Assembly: GCA_903939515.1 (NCBI GenBank)
Contig: CAJAHH010000111.1
Coordinates: 17,415 to 81,414 of the forward strand
DNA: 64,000 nt
Direction: 5' to 3'
Source of the DNA: an uncultured Verrucomicrobiota bacterium
Lineage (GTDB): Bacteria > Verrucomicrobiota > Verrucomicrobiia > Limisphaerales > UBA9464
Below the pieces are notes generated by a model. It saw nothing but the letters and a program-made list of their open reading frames with translations. It did not search any database and had not been told where the DNA came from. The position numbers were made by a program, and so were the translations under genes. Shown here one piece after another: positions 18,621 to 28,127 of this stretch (the stretch's first letter is position 1; every line of letters starts with the position of its first letter).

Positions 18621-19427
18621 ATGACACCGCTGGAGCGCATCCTCGATTCACCCTGGAGCTTCTTTAAGATTGCTGGCGTCACCTCGGTCGATGCCACGCT
18701 GCGCTACTTGCTGTTTGCGGGGATCGGTTGGGTCCTGGGTTATTGGTGGTTTCGGCAACGCTGGGCTCATCGCAAGATCATTCCGCGATTCCCTGCTTCT
18801 TCCGACATCCGACGTGAGATCGGTTATTCCCTCCTGACTCTGGCGATTTTCGGGTTGGTCGGAGCCAGTACAATTTTGGCGTCGCGATCCGGGTGGACTC
18901 GGATGTACTGGAAGGTGGGAGATTATGGCACTGCCTGGTTCTGGGGCAGCATCGGTTGCGCGATCTTACTGCATGACACTTACTTTTATTGGACGCATCG
19001 GATGATGCACCATCCGCGGCTCTTCTCAGTGTTTCACCGGGTGCACCACCTTTCCAATAATCCCTCGCCCTGGGCCTCCTACGCGTTCGCTCCCGCCGAA
19101 GCGGTGGTCGAAGCGGGCATCTTTCCACTCACCGTGCTGGTGATGCCTATCCACCCGCTGGCCTTCACGCTCTTCATGCTTTGGCAGATTTTCTTCAACG
19201 TGATGGGACACACCGGCTACGAGTTCTATCCGCGATGGCTGATGGATTCATGGTTAGGAAAATTTATTAACACCCCCACCAACCACATCATGCATCACGA
19301 GAAAATGCGGGGAAACTACAGCCTTTATCTCAATGTGTGGGACCGCCTCATGGGCACGAATCATCCGGAGTACGAGTCCCGGTTTCGCGAGGTGACTTCG
19401 CGCCCCAAGGCCACGGCGACCCAGTGA
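18621..19427 (+). CDS. Sterol desaturase / fatty acid hydroxylase superfamily membrane protein
   Basis: Histidine boxes HDTYFYWTHRMMHH, HRVHH and HIMHH, with multiple TM segments. Confidence 0.8.
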   Translation: MTPLERILDSPWSFFKIAGVTSVDATLRYLLFAGIGWVLGYWWFRQRWAHRKIIPRFPASSDIRREIGYSLLTLAIFGLVGASTILASRSGWTRMYWKVGDYGTAWFWGSIGCAILLHDTYFYWTHRMMHHPRLFSVFHRVHHLSNNPSPWASYAFAPAEAVVEAGIFPLTVLVMPIHPLAFTLFMLWQIFFNVMGHTGYEFYPRWLMDSWLGKFINTPTNHIMHHEKMRGNYSLYLNVWDRLMGTNHPEYESRFREVTSRPKATATQ

Positions 19428-19486
19428 GTCGACCTGAGGGAGCGCCCACCGGCCTCCGGCTCCGATCCCGCAGCCCAAGCCGATAT

Positions 19487-20875
19487 TTACTCGGCCAGGC
19501 AATACAGGAAGCGCTCTCCACGCAGATAAAACTCTCGGTCCACCAACGCCGGTGAGGCGCTGAAGGAGTCCTCCAGCCGGTTCACTGCTAGCACCGCGTT
19601 TTCAAACGCCTCATTCCCGGACGGATGCTTGAGGACCACCGTCGTTCCATCCCGACCGGTGACGTAAATTCGGCCCGCGGCCCCGACCGGTGAGGCAAAG
19701 ATGAAGTCGCGGATGCCTTCCAACCGCAGCAGTTCTCCCCGGAGTTTCCCGGTGGTCGGATCCATACGCACCAAGACGTTCTGGTTGTGACGCAGATGAT
19801 ACAGGGTGTCGTCGTACAGCAAGGGTGAAGCCACGTAGGGCGTGAGTCGGTTCATTCGCCACACGACGTGATCGGAGCCAGTCACATCGCCACGCGCCCC
19901 GGACAATCGCAGCGCCAGCATGGCCTGCGTGTAGTAACTGTTGCCGGCGATGAGGGTTCCGCGGTGCACGACCGGCGAAGCCACCACGTTGTCGGTGAGA
20001 CCCGCGCATTCCCAAATCAAGGCGCCGGTGGCCAGGTCGTACCCGCGTACCCGCCGGGTGGCGCTCACGATCACCTGCGGCTTGCCGTCCACCTCGACCA
20101 CGATGGGCGTGGACCACGAGGTCTTCTCGTCACGGGCGGTCTTCCATCGGGAGTCGCCGGTGCGGGCATCGAAGGCCTGGATGAACGATCCGCCCTCGTG
20201 GTCCCAGTTCACCACGAGCAGGCCGCCGTGGACCACCGGGGAACTCCCCTCACCATGGGCATGCAAGGTGTTCATGCGGCCGAGGTCTTTGCGCCAGCGA
20301 ATCCGGCCGTCGGCCTCCAGGCAGTAAAGCCCGCGCGAGCCGAACAAGGCGTAAATGGCCTGTCCGTCGGTCACCGGGGAATGAGACTCTGGACTGCCGG
20401 TGGTGTGCCCGCCTTCATGAGGCCATTCCTCACGGACGATCGTCTTCCAGGCGATGCGCCCCTCCTGGCGGGACACGGCTACCACCGCGTACTCGTGCCG
20501 ATGGGTGACCGGCACGCTGTCGTGAACACCCGGGGCCTGATCGAACACGGGCTTCTGGGGCTCTCCCACCGGGGCGGCGGTCATCACGATCACCCGGTCG
20601 CTGAGGACGATGGGCGAGGAATGACCCTTGCCGGGAATCGCGAGCTTCCAGCGGACGTGGTTGCTTTCACTCCACTGCAGGGGCGGATTGGCCGTCGGCG
20701 ACACGCCCGTAGCCAGCGGGCCCCGCCATTGGGGCCAGACCAGCGCGGCACCCTGCACCGGCACCGGGGCATTCGTGGCCGTTTCGGCCCACAAGAGGCC
20801 GGTGCCAGCGGCCGCGACCAAAATCCACGACCACCACTGTCGGCAAGCCTCTATCCACGGACCTCTGCACATCAT
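19487..20875 (-). CDS. PQQ-like beta-propeller repeat protein (BamB-like fold)
   Basis: Start chosen at MMCRGPWIEACRQWWSWILVAAAG (signal/TM). Repeated W/G-rich blade motifs follow. The track ORF extension to 21082 runs through the intergenic repeat and is rejected. Confidence 0.75.
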   Translation of the reverse strand: MMCRGPWIEACRQWWSWILVAAAGTGLLWAETATNAPVPVQGAALVWPQWRGPLATGVSPTANPPLQWSESNHVRWKLAIPGKGHSSPIVLSDRVIVMTAAPVGEPQKPVFDQAPGVHDSVPVTHRHEYAVVAVSRQEGRIAWKTIVREEWPHEGGHTTGSPESHSPVTDGQAIYALFGSRGLYCLEADGRIRWRKDLGRMNTLHAHGEGSSPVVHGGLLVVNWDHEGGSFIQAFDARTGDSRWKTARDEKTSWSTPIVVEVDGKPQVIVSATRRVRGYDLATGALIWECAGLTDNVVASPVVHRGTLIAGNSYYTQAMLALRLSGARGDVTGSDHVVWRMNRLTPYVASPLLYDDTLYHLRHNQNVLVRMDPTTGKLRGELLRLEGIRDFIFASPVGAAGRIYVTGRDGTTVVLKHPSGNEAFENAVLAVNRLEDSFSASPALVDREFYLRGERFLYCLAE

Positions 20876-20943
20876 GCACGAGGTGTAGCCCGCCCCGGCG
20901 CGAGGCGCGACAGAAACCCAGCCCGAAGACCGGGCACCGCTTA

Positions 20944-21108
20944 GCCGGAACGATTCAGTTGGGAGGAAAGGGATGGCGTCGCGGATTCTTTCGCAAGACG
21001 AGGCGAGAGCGAGGCGCGGGCCGATGGAAGGCCCGTAACGAGCGAGCAACGAAGCTCTTGCGGAAGAAGACGCAGCCAGCACGACCGATCTAATTGAATC
21101 GTTCCGGC
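20944..21108. repeat. 165-nt imperfect-palindromic intergenic element, copy 1
   Basis: GCCGGAACGATTCAGTTGG...CTAATTGAATCGTTCCGGC. It has terminal inverted repeats and matches 61132-61309 in the same plus-strand orientation. Confidence 0.8.
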
Positions 21109-22566
21109 TTAGGCCGAATAATCGAAGTACACGGTCTTGGTGCGGCTGTAGAAGTCCAACGCTGCGGTGCCCTGCTCTCGATAAGAATCGGTGGAGCTGT
21201 CCTTCACTCCGCCAAAGGGTGCCTGAAGCGCGAGGCCCGTGCTAATCTGGTTCACCTTCACCACGCCGCACTCAATGCGCTCGGCATACTGCATGGCCTT
21301 CTTGAAATCGCGCGTCACCAGGCTGGCGCTAAGGCCGTACTTCACGCCATTGGCCACGGCGATGGCCTCGTCGAACGAATCGACCGCCAGGATGACCACC
21401 ACGGGGCCGAAGACTTCTTCCTGCGCGATTTGCATCGACGGGGTCACCTTGCCGAGAATGGCCGGCTGCATGAAATAGCCATGGGCTAGATCGCCTTCCG
21501 TCAGGCGGGCTCCACCCCAGACTAATTCAGCGCCCTCGCCGATCGCCTGCTGGATGGCCGCGAAGTTGCCCTCGAATTCGTCGGCGTTCACCGCCGGGCC
21601 CATTTGGACACCGGGCTGCGCACCGGGCCCCACCTTCCAGGTCTTGGCCAGCGCCACCAACTTCTCGGTGAACGCTTCGAGCACCGATCGCTCCACGATC
21701 ACGCGGCTGGTTGCCGTGCACGCCTGACCGGTCAAGCCGAACCCGGCGATGGCCACCAGGCGGGCCGCCAGATCGAGATCGGCATCGGCCAGCACGATCG
21801 TGGGATTCTTGGAACCCATTTCTAACTGCACGCGAATCCGCCGCGGCGCGAGCGTTTGATACAACGACGTGCCCACCCCGTGGGAACCCGTGAAGCTCAA
21901 CGCCTGAATGGCCGGATTGGCGGCAATTTCCGCGCCGAACGCCCGACCGGAACCGGTGACCACATTGAGCACGCCCGCCGGCAAACCCGCCTCGGCCAGA
22001 ACCTTGGCCAACTCCAGCGCCATGGCCGGAGCTTGCGAGGCGGGCTTGAGCACGACCGTGTTGCCGCACAGCAACGCCGGCACGAGTTTCCAGGCCGGAA
22101 TGGCGATGGGGAAATTCCACGGAGTAATGAGCGACACCACACCCAGCGGTTCACGACGAGTGAACAACAGATTGCCCGGCAAATCGTGGGGAATGGTCTG
22201 TCCACCGACCGTGTAACTCAGGCCGCCAAAAAACCTGAAGATATCGGCCGCCCTCTGAACCTCGCCGGTGGCCTCGGTCAGCGTCTTACCCTCTTCACGG
22301 ACAAGCAGCAGGGCCAGATCGGCCTTGCGGGCTTCGAGAATTTGCGAGGCCTTGCTGAGAAAACGCCCACGCGCCACCGGTGTCAGCGCCGCCCAGGCCG
22401 GAAACGCCTTCTGGGCCGCGGCCGCGGCCGCCGCGAACTCCGGCGCGTCAGACAACGGATAGCGAGCCACCGTCTCCCGGGTGTCCGCAGGATTGGTGGT
22501 CGTGAAGGTGGCCCCAGATGCGGCCGGAACCCAGTTACCTCCGATGAAATTGGCGTAGTCTTGCAT
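21109..22566 (-). CDS. NAD(P)-dependent aldehyde dehydrogenase
   Basis: Start at MQDYANFIGGNW. Contains FTGSHGVG, LEMGSKNPTIV and catalytic-Cys region GQACTATSR. The track ORF extension to 22680 is rejected. Confidence 0.9.
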   Translation of the reverse strand: MQDYANFIGGNWVPAASGATFTTTNPADTRETVARYPLSDAPEFAAAAAAAQKAFPAWAALTPVARGRFLSKASQILEARKADLALLLVREEGKTLTEATGEVQRAADIFRFFGGLSYTVGGQTIPHDLPGNLLFTRREPLGVVSLITPWNFPIAIPAWKLVPALLCGNTVVLKPASQAPAMALELAKVLAEAGLPAGVLNVVTGSGRAFGAEIAANPAIQALSFTGSHGVGTSLYQTLAPRRIRVQLEMGSKNPTIVLADADLDLAARLVAIAGFGLTGQACTATSRVIVERSVLEAFTEKLVALAKTWKVGPGAQPGVQMGPAVNADEFEGNFAAIQQAIGEGAELVWGGARLTEGDLAHGYFMQPAILGKVTPSMQIAQEEVFGPVVVILAVDSFDEAIAVANGVKYGLSASLVTRDFKKAMQYAERIECGVVKVNQISTGLALQAPFGGVKDSSTDSYREQGTAALDFYSRTKTVYFDYSA

Positions 22567-22625
22567 GGTTTGCGTTAATGGTGTGCTGAGTGTCCGTGGG
22601 ATAGTCTGTCTTCTGGCTGAATGCT

Positions 22626-25538
22626 TCAGGCCGCCAGGTTGGCCAGCGAGGCGGCGATTTGGGCCTCCTTGACCTGCCACTCTTGCAGGCGGGCTTGGTG
22701 TTCTTCGAGCACCTTGACGGGCACCTTGGCGGCGAAGGCTGGATTGGCGAGCTTCTCCTGAACTTTAGTCACCTCGATTTTGACGCGCTCCAACTCTTTG
22801 GTGAGGCGCGCGCGTTCGGCCTCGAAGTCGATGAGGCCAGCCAACGGCAAGAAGAGTTCACCCAGGGCGTTGACCGCCACCGGCGTGCCGCGCTCGGAAG
22901 TCCACGCCGCATCCACCACCTCCAGCGCCTCGGCGTTGAGCAGCATCTTGAGCACCTCCACGTCCGACGGGGACAACGTGCCAACCGGTCGCACGATGAA
23001 CCGAATTTTTTTGGCCGGATCGATCTTGCAGTCCCGGCGCAATCCGCGGCCAAGGCTGACGAGGTCGTACTTGGCTTGGGCCACGGCGTCGGCCGTGTCA
23101 TCGAGACCGAAGTATTCCTTCTCGTCGTCGCTCAGCGGCTTGGGCCACAGCGCGAACATCAAGGTCTTGCCGCCCTGATTGTCGGGCATGTCTTGGGCGA
23201 ATCCCATCCCATGCCAGAGTTCTTCGGTGATGAAGGGCAGGAACGGATGGAAGAGGCGCAGCAATTGGCCTAAGACGAAGTCAATGACCGCGACCTTGTT
23301 GACCTTGAGGGCCTCGTCGCTGCCGTAAATGACCGCCTTGGAAGCCTCGACATACCAGTCGCAGTACTCGTTCCAGAAGAAGCGGTACAACGTGGTCGTG
23401 GCGTCGCTGAATTTGTACTCGGCCAAGGCTTGGGTGACCTCGCGGATGGCTTGATCGAGCCGCAGCAAGACCCACCGGTCGTCCGACGTGAGCAGGGCCG
23501 GGTTGATCTCGGCCTCGGACTGAGTGCCCTCACCAGTGATCATCTGGCGGAAGCGGCACGCGTTCCACAGCTTGTTGCAGAAGTTGCGTCCGAGTTCGAC
23601 GGTCTGTTCGTCGAAGAGCACGTCCTGACCGAGGGGCGCGGCCCGCATCACGCCGAAGCGCAGCGCATCGGCGCCGTATTTGGCGATGAGGTCGAGCGGG
23701 TCGGGCGAGTTGCCCAGCGACTTAGACATCTTGCGCCCCTGCTTGTCGCGAATGATGCCCGTGAAATAGACGTTCCGGAACGGCAAGTCGCCCAGGTACT
23801 CGTAGCCCGCCATGATCATGCGGGCGACCCAGAAGAAGATAATGTCCGGGCCGGTGACAAGGTCGGTCGTGGGATAGAACGCCTTGAGGGTCGCGTTCTT
23901 CGCGTCGGCATCCTGGTCGTTGACCCAACCCATCGTGGCGAACGCCCACAGCCAGGAGCTAAACCACGTGTCGAGCACATCGGGATCCTGGGTGAAGCCG
24001 AGCTTCGCCAGTTCGTTTGCCTCGATAACGGAATCGGTGGCTGCCGTAATCTTGATGGAACTGCTGTCGGGCCCCCATTCAATCAGCACATAGGTCTGCT
24101 CGGATCCCTTTCCGCAAAATCCGAAGCCGTGGACCATCTCGTGAACGAAGCCTTTCGAGTCCTTGGAGGCCTCGTAAAAGGGCTTCAGAGCATCAGGCAT
24201 TTCTGTGCCGACATCCGCCTTCGATATTGTCTTCATCCACACCGGGATGCGATGCCCCCACCAGAGCTGGCGACTGATACACCAGTCTTGGATGCCGCCC
24301 ATCCAGTGGTCGTACACCTTGGCCCAGCGATCCGGGAAGAAGCGCATCGGGGCCGGAGCCTCAGAGCCGGGTTGAGCCACGCAGGCCTTCGATGCCTCCA
24401 CGCTGGGATACTTGAGGAACCACTGTTCGCTCAAGCGCGGCTCGATGGGCACATCGGCCCGCTCGCTGAAGCCAACGTTGTTGGTGTAGGGCTCGGCCTT
24501 GTCCAGGGCCCCCGCGGCCTCCAGCAATTCGGCCGAGCGCTTGCGACCGACGAAGCGGTCCAACCCCGCCAAATCAGCACCGGCCTCAGCCGTGAGCTTG
24601 CCGTCGGGCGTGAGCACATCAATGACCGGAAGGTTATGGCGCAGGCCGATCTCGAAGTCGGCTTTGTCGTGGGCCGGGGTGACCTTCAGCACGCCCGTGC
24701 CAAAGTCGAAGGTCACGTGATCGTCGGCGATGATTGGGATGATCCGCTGCTCCTTCGGCACATCCAGCGGCAGCGCACGGTACACGTGTTTGCCAACGAG
24801 GTGCGTGTAGCGCGGATCGTTGGGGTTCACGGCCACCGCGGTGTCAGCGGGGATCGTCTCCGGCCGGGTGGTGGCAATGGTCAGGAACGTGCCCGGAAGC
24901 TCCACCACCTCCACGCGGAAGTGGTACATGAAGCCCTTCTGTTCCTTCATCACGACCTCCTCGTCGGAGAGCGCCGTGAGGGACGCCGGGCACCAGTTCA
25001 CCATGCGCTTGCCGCGGTAGATCAGGCCCTTCTTGTAGAGGTCCACGAACACCTTCTGGACGCACCGAGAATACTCCGGGTCCATGGTGAAGCGGGTGCG
25101 GGTCCAATCGCAGGAGGCACCGAGCGCGCGCAACTGCTTGAGAATAATTCCGCCGTAGGTCTCCTTCCATTCCCAGATCTTGGCCACCAGCGCCTCGCGG
25201 CCAAGGTCGTCGCGGTGCTTGATTTGGCCGGCCTTCTTGAGGGTCTTCTCGACGACGTTCTGGGTGGCGATACCTGCATGATCGGTGCCCGGCAGCCACA
25301 AGACTTCCTTGCCGTCCATGCGCGCCTTGCGGGCGAGGATGTCCTGGATGGTGTTGTTGAGAACGTGGCCCATGGTCAGCACGCCGGTCACGTTCGGGGG
25401 CGGGATGACGATGGAATAGGCGGGTCGAGTCGCGGAGACACGGGCCGGATCGGCCGTGAAGCAGCCTTGGTCTTCCCAGAACTGGTACCACTTGGACTCG
25501 ACGGACTGCGGCTCGTAGGCCTTTGAAATCTCGCTCAT
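22626..25538 (-). CDS. valS: Valine--tRNA ligase
   Basis: 970 aa with HIGH-type PPPNVTGVLTMGHV, KMSKSLGN and a C-terminal coiled coil. Confidence 0.95.
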   Translation of the reverse strand: MSEISKAYEPQSVESKWYQFWEDQGCFTADPARVSATRPAYSIVIPPPNVTGVLTMGHVLNNTIQDILARKARMDGKEVLWLPGTDHAGIATQNVVEKTLKKAGQIKHRDDLGREALVAKIWEWKETYGGIILKQLRALGASCDWTRTRFTMDPEYSRCVQKVFVDLYKKGLIYRGKRMVNWCPASLTALSDEEVVMKEQKGFMYHFRVEVVELPGTFLTIATTRPETIPADTAVAVNPNDPRYTHLVGKHVYRALPLDVPKEQRIIPIIADDHVTFDFGTGVLKVTPAHDKADFEIGLRHNLPVIDVLTPDGKLTAEAGADLAGLDRFVGRKRSAELLEAAGALDKAEPYTNNVGFSERADVPIEPRLSEQWFLKYPSVEASKACVAQPGSEAPAPMRFFPDRWAKVYDHWMGGIQDWCISRQLWWGHRIPVWMKTISKADVGTEMPDALKPFYEASKDSKGFVHEMVHGFGFCGKGSEQTYVLIEWGPDSSSIKITAATDSVIEANELAKLGFTQDPDVLDTWFSSWLWAFATMGWVNDQDADAKNATLKAFYPTTDLVTGPDIIFFWVARMIMAGYEYLGDLPFRNVYFTGIIRDKQGRKMSKSLGNSPDPLDLIAKYGADALRFGVMRAAPLGQDVLFDEQTVELGRNFCNKLWNACRFRQMITGEGTQSEAEINPALLTSDDRWVLLRLDQAIREVTQALAEYKFSDATTTLYRFFWNEYCDWYVEASKAVIYGSDEALKVNKVAVIDFVLGQLLRLFHPFLPFITEELWHGMGFAQDMPDNQGGKTLMFALWPKPLSDDEKEYFGLDDTADAVAQAKYDLVSLGRGLRRDCKIDPAKKIRFIVRPVGTLSPSDVEVLKMLLNAEALEVVDAAWTSERGTPVAVNALGELFLPLAGLIDFEAERARLTKELERVKIEVTKVQEKLANPAFAAKVPVKVLEEHQARLQEWQVKEAQIAASLANLAA

Positions 25539-25793
25539 TTCGGTCCGGCAAACCTACCGGACCTCCCGGAGTCTCGGCAACAGGTCGCTGCAGGATGGCT
25601 GCCATGGAGCGGCCATGGATCCGCCACGGAAATTTCGACTCCGATTTCAAAACTACCCCACCGACCCGACCACAACTTGCATCGAACCACAGATGGAATC
25701 CTCGCGGGCAAAAACCGCGTCGTCCGAATCGTGTAGCGAAGGCCCCTTGTTAAGGCCGTCCAGGTTTCCAAAACCGCCTCCGGCCTTGCACTC

Positions 25794-25943
25794 ATGACGA
25801 CCGACACCGGCCTTTCCCATCGCGCCATACGCCTTTTCGTCGGCCTCACCCTCCTGGGTCTGGGCACCGCCCTCGACACGCCCTGGGGACTGCTGGGCGT
25901 CATCCTCATGCTCACCGCCGCCATCGGATTCTGCCCCCTTTAA
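25794..25943 (+). CDS. DUF2892 (YgaP-like) small membrane protein, ending at an in-frame TAA inside the conserved C-terminal motif
   Basis: 49 codons: MTTDTGLSHRAIRLFVGLTLLGLGTALDTPWGLLGVILMLTAAIGFCPL*. It is below the track's length cutoff. The family-like sequence WLLGINT continues in frame after the stop. Confidence 0.5.
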   Translation: MTTDTGLSHRAIRLFVGLTLLGLGTALDTPWGLLGVILMLTAAIGFCPL

Positions 25944-25995
25944 TGGCTTCTAGGCATCAACACCTTCGAAAGCAGTCACGGATCCCCTCGCCCGT

Positions 25996-27186
25996 TCACG
26001 GCAGAAAAGACAGGTTCGAGGTCGAAGCGCCCTGCCAACCGGCGGCGATCGTCGCGGGCAGGGAGTCGGGGGCCAGGTGCAGCAAAGAAACCACCCGCCC
26101 GACGTCCCAACGCGAGTCGGACATCCGCTCCAATCTGGGCAACCCACGCGCATCGGGAGTACCCATCTTGACTTCGATCGGGCAGATCCGGCCCGCGGCC
26201 TCGACCAGGAAATCAATCTCCTCACCGTCGCGGGTGCGCCAGTAGGTAATGTCCACCTCCCGGGCGCGATGCCGGTAGTGCCGGAGCAACTCGCCGAAAA
26301 CCTGGGTTTCGTAGATCGCACCGGCCATCGGCCCCAAGCGGAGCGTCTCGGGGTCGCGCCAACCGGCCAACCACGCCGCCAAGCCGGCATCGAGGAAATA
26401 GAGTTTCGGACTCTTGATCATCCTCAACGTCCGGTTGGAGTGATGCGGATGAACGAGTCGGATGAGAAAACTGTCCTCCAGGAGGCTGATCCACTCCTTG
26501 GCGGTGTTGGGCGAAATTCCCGCATCCCGGGCGATTTCCACCGTGTTCAGAACCTGCCCCGTTCGCAGGGCGCACATCCGGACGAAGATCTCAAATTCCC
26601 GGCGCTTCTGGATGCCCAGGAGTTCCCGCACATCCCTCTCGATGTAGGTCTGGAGGTAACTGGACAGATACAAATCAACGGCATCCGTTCCGGAAACGCC
26701 CTGAAGCTTCGGAAACGACGTCGACCAGATCCGCTCGAACGCCTCCTTCGGCGTCGTCGGAGGAGACCCCTTCTCTTCGTCGGAGAACCCGAAGAGGTTC
26801 AGGACAGCCACCCGGCCGGCCAGCGATTCCTGGACGCCGTGCATGACCTCGAAGCTCTGCGATCCGGTCAACCAGATGGCCCCCGGAGGTGTCGTCGGTC
26901 GATCGGCCAACTGCTTGATGGCACTCAGCAAGGCGGGCGCATACTGGATTTCATCGATGAGGAGCGGCAGTCGCAGATCGGCGGCAAACAGCGCCGGATC
27001 GCGATGTGCCCTACCCCGGGTGGCCAAGTCGTCGAGATTGACGATTTGTCGATCGGGTCCAGCGCAACGCCGAAGCAGGGAACTCTTGCCGACCTGCCGA
27101 GGCCCGAGAAACAACCAGACAGGAAACAACCGGAGCGCCTCGGTTGGGCGTCGCAGAATCTGTTCGTAGGTTCTCCGAAACCACAT
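25996..27186 (-). CDS. AAA_14 / DUF4143 ATP-binding protein
   Basis: Walker A GPRQVGKSSLLRR and a typical DUF4143 C-terminal half. Start chosen at MWFRRTYEQ; the track ORF starts at 27243. Confidence 0.8.
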   Translation of the reverse strand: MWFRRTYEQILRRPTEALRLFPVWLFLGPRQVGKSSLLRRCAGPDRQIVNLDDLATRGRAHRDPALFAADLRLPLLIDEIQYAPALLSAIKQLADRPTTPPGAIWLTGSQSFEVMHGVQESLAGRVAVLNLFGFSDEEKGSPPTTPKEAFERIWSTSFPKLQGVSGTDAVDLYLSSYLQTYIERDVRELLGIQKRREFEIFVRMCALRTGQVLNTVEIARDAGISPNTAKEWISLLEDSFLIRLVHPHHSNRTLRMIKSPKLYFLDAGLAAWLAGWRDPETLRLGPMAGAIYETQVFGELLRHYRHRAREVDITYWRTRDGEEIDFLVEAAGRICPIEVKMGTPDARGLPRLERMSDSRWDVGRVVSLLHLAPDSLPATIAAGWQGASTSNLSFLP

Positions 27187-27285
27187 GTTTGGCAATATTT
27201 CACCAGACTGCATTTTTGCCAAGACCCTTCCATCACTCCCCATGGAACGTTGAAAGAATCCGATCCTTCCGGCCCTCGAACTAAC

Positions 27286-27316
27286 GATGAATTAGGTGCG
27301 GGATTTGTTCCCTGAC
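27286..27316 (+). repeat. Left copy of a ~31-nt direct repeat flanking the PIN-RHH cassette
   Basis: GATGAATTAGGTGCGGGATTTGTTCCCTGAC versus 28379-28409. By hand alignment 25/31 are identical, and the core GGGATTyGTTCCCTGAC matches 17/18. Confidence 0.4.
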
Positions 27317-27477
27317 CCGGGTCTCACCTCCCGGGGCATGGTGCGACTGCGGCGGATCCGGTGGATGCCCCGTGTCGTTCCCGAGGGACCAGACCTGCGC
27401 TCAAACGGAAACTCGAATCAGTGAACGCCTGCGACCAGCCGCTTGACTGACATCACCGGTGATACCATCGTGCTTGA

Positions 27478-27900
27478 GTGGAAATCGTGCAGAACACCAA
27501 CGTCTTCGTCGCGGCTCTGCGCAGCGCAGAGGGAGCCAGTGCGGAGGTTCTGGACCGGTGTCTGGCCCGGGCGGATCAGGCGGTCATGGGGGCAGCTCTG
27601 TTCGCGGAATATGAAGAACTGATCCATCGGGAAAGCCTGTGGCGGCGGGTGCCGGTCACAGCGGAAGAACGTGAGGCATTGCTGGACGACTTCTGCGCCG
27701 CGGCCCTCTGGCAGCCCATTTATTTCCGGTGGCGACCCAATCTGCCGGATGCGGGGGATGATCATGTCCTGGAGCTTGCGATCGCCGGCGGTGTGGAACA
27801 CTGGGTCACGCACAACCTTCGGGACTTCGGACGAGGCGAACTCAAGTTCACTTCGCCGCAGGTGGTGACCCCGGCGCAACATCTGAAAGCCATACCATGA
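27478..27900 (+). CDS. PIN-domain (PIN_3 / TIGR00305-like) putative toxin
   Basis: GTG start directly after an in-frame TGA. Motifs IVQNTNVFVAAL, DAGDDHVLELAIAG and VTHNLRDF match the PIN_3 pattern, except Asn replaces the first Asp. Confidence 0.7.
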   Translation: MEIVQNTNVFVAALRSAEGASAEVLDRCLARADQAVMGAALFAEYEELIHRESLWRRVPVTAEEREALLDDFCAAALWQPIYFRWRPNLPDAGDDHVLELAIAGGVEHWVTHNLRDFGRGELKFTSPQVVTPAQHLKAIP

Positions 27901-28127
27901 AAACAATTCCTTATCGGTGCGACGAATCGCGGCACAAGGCCTTGCTGAGCGTGGCGCGAGAATCCGGGACCAGTGTCCAACGGCTCTTCGACAACTTCGT
28001 GACGCATGTCATCGCCGAACGTCAGGCGGAAGCCCGGTTCCTAGCACGCCAGCAACGGGGCAACCCGGCCCGTGGCCGAAAACTTCTCATGGAGATCCGG
28101 CAACGCCTCTCGCAGAAACCCACTTGA
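27897..28127 (+). CDS. Ribbon-helix-helix-like putative antitoxin
   Basis: 76 aa, with ATGA overlap to the PIN gene. IPYRCDESRHKALLSVARESGTSVQRLFDNFVTHVIAE fits a strand-helix-helix pattern. Confidence 0.45.
   Translation: MKTIPYRCDESRHKALLSVARESGTSVQRLFDNFVTHVIAERQAEARFLARQQRGNPARGRKLLMEIRQRLSQKPT

Noticed and set aside
20973-21038. Shine-Dalgarno-like GGAGG followed by ATG inside the repeat element (21-codon mini-ORF MASRILSQDEARARRGPMEGP)
   Set aside because: In copy 2 the same ATG opens only a 7-codon ORF (MAWRIVS). The peptide is therefore not conserved between copies, and coding function is unlikely.
23430-25526. 698-aa plus-strand ORF
   Set aside because: It lies entirely antisense to valS, which has unmistakable class-I synthetase motifs. 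Its translation is Arg/Gly/Ala-rich with no recognisable family. It is a typical high-GC shadow ORF.
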